Shown: in pieces, positions 32,470-37,750 of the stretch
Position numbering within the stretch: the first letter of the stretch is position 1
Layout: each line of letters starts with the position of its first letter
Assembly (NCBI GenBank): GCA_038046545.1
Contig: JBBSVZ010000103.1
Location: forward strand, 1-37,750
Length of the DNA stretch: 37,750 bases
Origin: Nanobdellota archaeon
GTDB taxonomy: Archaea; Nanobdellota; Nanobdellia; Woesearchaeales; JBBSVZ01
Direction: 5' to 3'
Made by a program: the position numbers and the translations under genes
Notes under the pieces: generated by a model
What the model was told of the DNA's origin: nothing
The model's input: only the letters and a program-made list of their open reading frames with translations
Database searches by the model: none

Positions 32470-33252
32470 ATGGCATTTATCGAGAGGATCGCAATAAGCT
32501 CGTCGGGAAACACTTATTACATCAAAAATATTCACCTCGACCTTCACACAAAGGATGGATTTCTCAGCAAAGAAGATATTTCTGCTGCAATAGGTGGCGC
32601 CACAATCAAATCAAACACTGGAGTAGATTTCTTCATTTTCGAGCCCTCACTTGCAGACCTTTACAAAAAAATAAGCCGCGGCCCGCAGATAATACCCAGA
32701 AAAGATCTTGGATTCATCGTTGCAGAAACTGGAATGAACAAGGGAAGCATTGTTTTAGATGCAGGAACAGGTTCAGGCGCTGCAGCATGCTTTTTTGGAA
32801 TGATCGCAAAAGAGGTATTCACTTACGAACTTCGGGAAGATTTCCTGCAAATCGCCCAAAAGAATATTGAGCAAATGGGGCTGGCTAATGTTACTCTTAA
32901 ACTTGGAGACGTTTACCAATCGATTGATGAAACCGGGATGGACATCGCGGTTCTTGATCTTCCAGAGCCGTGGAAAGCTGTTGAAAATGTAAATAAAGCC
33001 CTGAAGGCTGGCGGGTTTCTTGTAGCATACTCGCCAACAACTCCTCAAGTGCAGGATTTCGTTACAGAAACAAACAAACATCAAAACTTATTAGTGCTGA
33101 AAGTTGTTGAAATAGGGGAAAGAGAGTGGGAAGTCAGGGAGAGGAAAGTCAGGCCTAAGTCGCAGTCCATTGGGCATTCTGGGTTTATTGTAATTGCAAG
33201 GAAGGTGGGAGAAATCCATACTCCCAAAGAAAACCATCAACTTTCTCCCTGA
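32470..33252 (+). CDS. trmI: tRNA (adenine-N1)-methyltransferase TrmI (GCD14 family)
   Basis: GPQIIPRKDLGFIV, the SAM motif VLDAGTGSGAAACFF, and LDLPEPWKAV. I prefer the ATG at 32470 over the TTG at 32410 on length grounds. Confidence 0.85.
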   Translation: MAFIERIAISSSGNTYYIKNIHLDLHTKDGFLSKEDISAAIGGATIKSNTGVDFFIFEPSLADLYKKISRGPQIIPRKDLGFIVAETGMNKGSIVLDAGTGSGAAACFFGMIAKEVFTYELREDFLQIAQKNIEQMGLANVTLKLGDVYQSIDETGMDIAVLDLPEPWKAVENVNKALKAGGFLVAYSPTTPQVQDFVTETNKHQNLLVLKVVEIGEREWEVRERKVRPKSQSIGHSGFIVIARKVGEIHTPKENHQLSP

Positions 33253-33475
33253 TGCTTTCGGGCAGCCATGGATAAAAGTGAATCATGAACAAACTTCTCT
33301 TCTCAACGTATATTCCAATTGGAATCCAGTCGTTTTTGAAAAGATGATAAAAATTAACAGAGTCATTTCCTTGCAATTGTGAATAATAAATTCGCGTTTC
33401 AAAACCAAATTCTTCCAATTTTTGGCAAACTGTGTCTATCGTTTCTTTGCCAGGTAGCGTTGCTTTGATTGTCAT
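33185..33475 (-). CDS. hypothetical protein (96 aa) downstream of glmU-like gene
   Basis: It starts 17 nt after the glmU-like stop. Its last 68 nt overlap the convergent trmI 3-prime end. I recognise no motifs. Confidence 0.45.
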   Translation of the reverse strand: MTIKATLPGKETIDTVCQKLEEFGFETRIYYSQLQGNDSVNFYHLFKNDWIPIGIYVEKRSLFMIHFYPWLPESIREKVDGFLWEYGFLPPSLQLQ

Positions 33476-33492
33476 TTGCTCTCAGCAATTAT

Positions 33493-34701
33493 TCAAATAA
33501 TATCCTTCCTAACAACTTCGCCTGGAAGTGTTGCCTTGAACGGCCAGATTTTTCGTCCGGGATAGATGCTTGTGTTAATTCCTGTTTTGGCGTTATCTCC
33601 CATTACAGTTCCGAATTTTACCCTGCCTGTTGAGACAAGGTTTCCATTAACCATCGATGAAACTGGTTGTCTGTCATGCCTGAGGTTGGCAGTTATAGTT
33701 CCTCCAGCGAGATTTGCATTCCTCCCAATTATTGAATCCCCAACATAGCAAAGGTGGCTAAGTACCGCACCGTCAAGCAGCACCGTGTTCTTTACTTCAC
33801 ATCCGCTGCCAATTTTGCAATCGTCCCCGATGGAAGTTCCCGGGCGTATGTAGCAGTTTGGTCCGATAATGCAGCGCTTGCCTATTACAACAGGTCCTTC
33901 GATGTAAACTCCACTTTTAATTACCGTCCTGCTGCCCACGCTTATTGTTCCTTTGAGAGTTACCCCTTTCTCTATCAACGTGTCTTTGGCAATCACATGC
34001 TTCATTTTACTAAGCATGAATTCATTTGCTGAAAGCAAATCCCAGGGATAGCTGATGTGGAGCCAATAGTCCTTAACTGACTCAAGTTCGACTTTCTCAG
34101 TTTTTGCTAGTTCCCCAATGGCCTCAGTAAGGTAATATTCTCCAGTTGTGGATTTCTTGATTTTTTTCAGAACAACAAAGACGTTTTCGTCAAAAACATA
34201 GGCTCCAGCATTCGCATACCCTGCCATTTTTTGCTGCGGCTTTTCAACTATGGAAGTTACGAATCCAGCTTTTGTTAATATCACACCATACTGGCTTGAG
34301 TCCTCTACACTGATGCCCAGCACAGCGCATTTACTTTTTGCCAGCCTCGATATGTCTAGTTTGGAGTACATTACATCGCCATTTAGGACAAGAAACCTTC
34401 CCCTGATTTGCGGCTGTGCCTGAAGTACAGCATGACCTGTGCCCAGCTGGCGCTCCTGCTGGACAGTCTTAATCTTTAAGTCAATTTTAAGATTCGAGAC
34501 AAAATCTTTTATTTGTTGAGTCTCAAATCCTGTAATAATAATTACTTCCTTGACAAGCCCTTCCAATTGGAGAAGGTTGTGTTCGAGCAGCGTTACATTT
34601 GCGACCTTAAGAAGCGGCTTTGGCCGATTGGCAGTGAGAGGATACGCTCTTGTTGAGCGCCCTGCGCAAAGAAGTACGGCCTGGTTCAGAAGCGGTTTCA
34701 T
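33493..34701 (-). CDS. glmU: bifunctional sugar-1-phosphate nucleotidyltransferase / acetyltransferase (archaeal GlmU-like)
   Basis: LLCAGRSTRAYPLTANRPKPLL nucleotidyltransferase loop, with a C-terminal left-handed beta-helix of hexapeptide repeats. Confidence 0.8.
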   Translation of the reverse strand: MKPLLNQAVLLCAGRSTRAYPLTANRPKPLLKVANVTLLEHNLLQLEGLVKEVIIITGFETQQIKDFVSNLKIDLKIKTVQQERQLGTGHAVLQAQPQIRGRFLVLNGDVMYSKLDISRLAKSKCAVLGISVEDSSQYGVILTKAGFVTSIVEKPQQKMAGYANAGAYVFDENVFVVLKKIKKSTTGEYYLTEAIGELAKTEKVELESVKDYWLHISYPWDLLSANEFMLSKMKHVIAKDTLIEKGVTLKGTISVGSRTVIKSGVYIEGPVVIGKRCIIGPNCYIRPGTSIGDDCKIGSGCEVKNTVLLDGAVLSHLCYVGDSIIGRNANLAGGTITANLRHDRQPVSSMVNGNLVSTGRVKFGTVMGDNAKTGINTSIYPGRKIWPFKATLPGEVVRKDII

Positions 34702-36053
34702 GCGCCAATCTCCTCTTTAATGGCACTCGCTATTTTATCAGCCCAATGAACTACTAATTGCTTTTCCTTTGCTTCAACCATGACTCTACACTTCATTTCA
34801 GTCCCAGAATACCTGACCAAATGCCTTCCTTTACCTTTTAGGGCATGGCTTGCATCTTTCAATGCTTCTGTAACTTTGGGGAGCCTTTCAAAAGGAATTT
34901 TTTCCCGGACTTGTACGTTTATGATTTGCTGAGGGTAAGGCTTGAGCTGTGCAGCTAGTTCGGAAAGCTTTTTTCCTGTTCTTTTCATAATGCCTAGGAC
35001 GTGAAGGCCAACCAAAGTCCCATCCCCCGTCGATACATATTCTCCGAGGACAATGTGGCCGCTTTGTTCTCCTCCCAGAATATGCTGTTCTTTTATCATT
35101 TTATTTACTACATTGATGTCCCCGTTAGGAACTCTTTCTGTTTTAATCCCTTTTGTTGCGAAAAGTTCGTCAAAGCCAAGATTAGTATAATCAGTCATAA
35201 CTATTGTTTTTGTGGGTAGCCTGCCCTGCGCTGCTAATTCCAGCCCGAGAATAGCTGTTATGTGGTCGCCATCAAGAATTTTGCCTGTCTCGTCAACCAT
35301 AATTATCCTGTCAGCGTCTCCGTCTAGCGCTATTCCGCAATTGGCCTCAAGCTCTCGGACAGCTTCGACTAATTGTTGAGGGTGCAAAGCTCCGCAGTTC
35401 AAATTAATATTAAGGCCGTTTGGCTTGTTATTCAGAACCACCACGTCAGCTCCAAGCTCCCTAAAAATCGGTGGCGCAACTGAATAAGCAGCGCCATTCG
35501 CACAGTCGAGCACAAGTTTTATGCCTTTGAGAGATTGGTTGTTTACAGTTCCTTTAACATATTCAATGTAACGGCCACGTGCATCCTCAATTCTCTTGGC
35601 CCGACCGATAAGGTCACCTTTGATGTGGTCGCGCTGAAGATTTTCTGATAGAGCAAGCCGCTCCATTTCCTCCTCTTGCTGCTCAGTAAGCTTTATTCCA
35701 TCAGGGCCGAAGAATTTTATACCATTATGCTCTGCAGGATTGTGGGAAGCCGAAATAACTATGCCAACATCAGCGGCAAAACTTTTTGTCAGGTGGGCAA
35801 CGCCAGGAGTTGGCATAGGACCTACGAGAAGGACGTCGCAGCCCATGGAAGTCAGTCCAGCAACAAGAGCTGATTCAATCATGTATCCGGATAATCGCGT
35901 GTCTTTTCCAATGAGCGCTTCCGGCCGCTTTTTATCCGATGTGAAGACCTCGGCAGCAGCCTTTCCCAAGCGCATGGCAATTTCAGGAGTCATTGGATGG
36001 CTGTTCGCGATGCCTCGCACTCCGTCAGTGCCGAATAGCTTTCCCATTTTCAC
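34698..36053 (-). CDS. glmM: phosphoglucosamine mutase (alpha-D-phosphohexomutase family)
   Basis: FGTDGVRG, the active-site SASHNP, DGDADR metal loop and GEQSGH sugar-binding loop. Confidence 0.9.
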   Translation of the reverse strand: MKMGKLFGTDGVRGIANSHPMTPEIAMRLGKAAAEVFTSDKKRPEALIGKDTRLSGYMIESALVAGLTSMGCDVLLVGPMPTPGVAHLTKSFAADVGIVISASHNPAEHNGIKFFGPDGIKLTEQQEEEMERLALSENLQRDHIKGDLIGRAKRIEDARGRYIEYVKGTVNNQSLKGIKLVLDCANGAAYSVAPPIFRELGADVVVLNNKPNGLNINLNCGALHPQQLVEAVRELEANCGIALDGDADRIIMVDETGKILDGDHITAILGLELAAQGRLPTKTIVMTDYTNLGFDELFATKGIKTERVPNGDINVVNKMIKEQHILGGEQSGHIVLGEYVSTGDGTLVGLHVLGIMKRTGKKLSELAAQLKPYPQQIINVQVREKIPFERLPKVTEALKDASHALKGKGRHLVRYSGTEMKCRVMVEAKEKQLVVHWADKIASAIKEEIGA

Positions 36054-36733
36054 CCCAACAGCTTTCCAATCATTGGATTCCTTGTTTTAAGGTTGAAGGA
36101 TTTCTCCCCGAGAAGAGATTGAATACTCTCAATTATTAGATCTGCTTTTGTGAAATTCTGCTTTTTGCTGAGTTCGTTTGGTACGGCAATGCAAAAAACC
36201 CCTGCTGATTTTGCGGACAGCACTCCTGTCTGCGTGTCCTCGAATGCTACGCATTCCTTCGGGTGCACGTTCATTCTTTTCGTTGCCAGAGTGTAAGAGT
36301 CAGGCGCTGGCTTGAAGTTCTTCACGTCTTCCCTGCATATGATGACATCAAAGAAAGAAAATATTGCCGTGTACTGCAAGGCCTGCACAACTTCAACTCT
36401 TTGTGCGCCAGAAACCACAGCCATCCTGATGTGGTTCTTTTTCAGCTTGGTAAGGAATTCCTTCATCCCAGGCATCAGCTTAATGTTTTTGAGGAGCCCG
36501 AGGTATTCTCCCAGTTTTTTATCAACGAGTTCCTCTGGCTTTCTCCCATTGTCCAGCATTTTGGCGAGATAGCTTGCAACCTCGAAGTTCCCGACTCCAG
36601 TGAATTGCGTAATTTCCTCATCGGTAATTGATGCGCCGTTCTCCTCAGCCACGATTTTCCAGGCTTTCCAGTGCAGCGGCTCGCTGTCAACTAAAAGGCC
36701 GTCCAAATCCAACAAAACTGCTTTTATTATCAT
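36050..36733 (-). CDS. HAD-IA hydrolase (beta-phosphoglucomutase/sugar phosphatase-like)
   Basis: Motif I LLDLDGLLVDSE, motif II VVSGA, motif III/IV K...FEDTQTG. It overlaps both flanking genes by 4 nt. Confidence 0.85.
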   Translation of the reverse strand: MIIKAVLLDLDGLLVDSEPLHWKAWKIVAEENGASITDEEITQFTGVGNFEVASYLAKMLDNGRKPEELVDKKLGEYLGLLKNIKLMPGMKEFLTKLKKNHIRMAVVSGAQRVEVVQALQYTAIFSFFDVIICREDVKNFKPAPDSYTLATKRMNVHPKECVAFEDTQTGVLSAKSAGVFCIAVPNELSKKQNFTKADLIIESIQSLLGEKSFNLKTRNPMIGKLLG

Positions 36734-37750
36734 TTTACCGTCACGCTCTTTGCGAGGTTTCTTGGCTTGTCAGGATCGCAGCCGCGTTCCAGAGCCAAAT
36801 AATACGCAAGTAGCTGGACTGGCAGGATCATCACAAGCGGGTCAGCAGCCTCAAGCGAGGGCACCTTAAAAAATGTATCGTAGATTTGGCTATTGAAATT
36901 ACCTATTCCAATTAAGTAACCCCCTCTCGCCTTCACCTCCATGGCGTTGCTCTCAATTAGCTGCTTGGTTGCCTTAGTTACAAGGACGATTATTGGAACA
37001 TCTTTTTCTATAAGCGCGATTGCGCCATGCTTAAGGTCGCCTCCGGCAAAGCCCTCAGCATGAACGTATGAAACTTCCTTAATCTTGAGCGCTCCCTCGA
37101 GAGCGCTAGGATAAGCTAAATCTCTTCCGATAAGGAACATACTGGTTTTATCCTTCAGCTTTTTAGCAAGCTCCTTGGCAATAGGCTCGCTTTCAGAAAG
37201 AATTTTTTTAACTGATGAAGAACCCTCAAGCACTAGCTGCTTGCCCTCCTTGGTTTTTCCAGCAAGTGAGTAAGCAAGTTGAAGTAGTATTGCAAGCTGG
37301 GAAGTGTAGCTTTTTGTTGAGAGCACGCATATTTCTGGTCCGCAGTTCATCAAAATGCTGAGGTCTGCCATGCGCATAAGCGTTGAACCCATTACATTGA
37401 CAATAGCAATTATCTTGACCCCTTTTTTCTTTGCAACTTTTATTGCATCAAGCAAGTCGGCTGTTTCTCCGGATTGCGATACTGCGACCATTAATGTTTT
37501 ATCAGTAAGGAAGTCCTTGTAATTCCTGAACTCTGAGGCAGATACAACGTTGACATGCTTCTTTGCAACCTCCGAGAAAACATATGATGCGGATACACAG
37601 GCATGAAAGCTTGTACCCGCACCAACGAAAAATACTCCGAAAGCGTTCTTTATCATTTCTGTTGCAATGTCAATAAGTTCTGGATCCTGCTCGACTGCTT
37701 TTTTTATGCTCCACTCCTGCTCATTTATTTCTTTAAGCATGAAATGAGGG
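36730..37750 (-). CDS. glmS: glutamine--fructose-6-phosphate aminotransferase, partial (SIS isomerase domains; N-terminus lies beyond the window)
   Basis: Two SIS domains are present (VGAGTSFHA, SQSGETADL), with the C-terminal NLAKSVTV. The reading frame stays open upstream of the track Met (..PHF-MLKEINEQ, as in full-length GlmS) to the window edge. Confidence 0.9.
   Translation of the reverse strand, partial: PHFMLKEINEQEWSIKKAVEQDPELIDIATEMIKNAFGVFFVGAGTSFHACVSASYVFSEVAKKHVNVVSASEFRNYKDFLTDKTLMVAVSQSGETADLLDAIKVAKKKGVKIIAIVNVMGSTLMRMADLSILMNCGPEICVLSTKSYTSQLAILLQLAYSLAGKTKEGKQLVLEGSSSVKKILSESEPIAKELAKKLKDKTSMFLIGRDLAYPSALEGALKIKEVSYVHAEGFAGGDLKHGAIALIEKDVPIIVLVTKATKQLIESNAMEVKARGGYLIGIGNFNSQIYDTFFKVPSLEAADPLVMILPVQLLAYYLALERGCDPDKPRNLAKSVTVK

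Noticed and set aside
36730-37750. An apparent GlmS lacking its glutaminase domain
   Set aside because: The frame remains open upstream of the track Met (..PHF-MLKEINEQ) up to the window edge. The N-terminal domain is simply outside the window, not missing.

Overview
This window is archaeal. It carries eukaryote-type ribosomal proteins (eL42/L44e, eS27, eL37), aIF2-alpha, Nop10, an Sm protein, proteasome alpha, the exosome genes Rrp4/Rrp41/Rrp42, SBDS, RNase P Pop5, RpoK, GINS and Bud32. Promoters are TATA/BRE-like and many genes are coupled by ATGA overlaps. The compact layout, class-III signal-peptide pilin, S-layer gene and several toxin-antitoxin pairs suggest a small-genome, possibly DPANN-like lineage; that is inference only.

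The conserved core consists of:
- the Pop5-PsmA-SBDS-exosome-RpoK superoperon (14.4-18.8 kb)
- the GINS / L44e-S27e-aIF2a-Nop10-PAC2 cluster (23.0-26.0 kb)
- the Sm-L37e pair
- a glmS-HAD-glmM-glmU UDP-GlcNAc operon (33.5-37.75 kb, running off the window)
- GluRS, TrmI, tRNA-Ala(GGC) and tRNA-Leu(UAG)

The accessory content consists of:
- a membrane-anchored protein ending in a Hint (intein-like) domain
- a possible stand-alone CARF-like mini-protein
- a sensor-less histidine kinase
- a secreted Cys-rich/TSP3 protein
- two VapBC pairs and one HEPN-MNT pair
- an AAA ATPase fused to a PD-(D/E)xK-like domain, with twin palindromic operators upstream

The most unusual non-coding signals are:
- a 20-21 nt GC-rich motif present four times in the same orientation in AT-rich spacers, one copy opening a roughly 100 nt GC-rich foldable element
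- duplicated hairpin modules and palindromes around both tRNA genes

I found no CRISPR array, rRNA gene, transposase or integrase.
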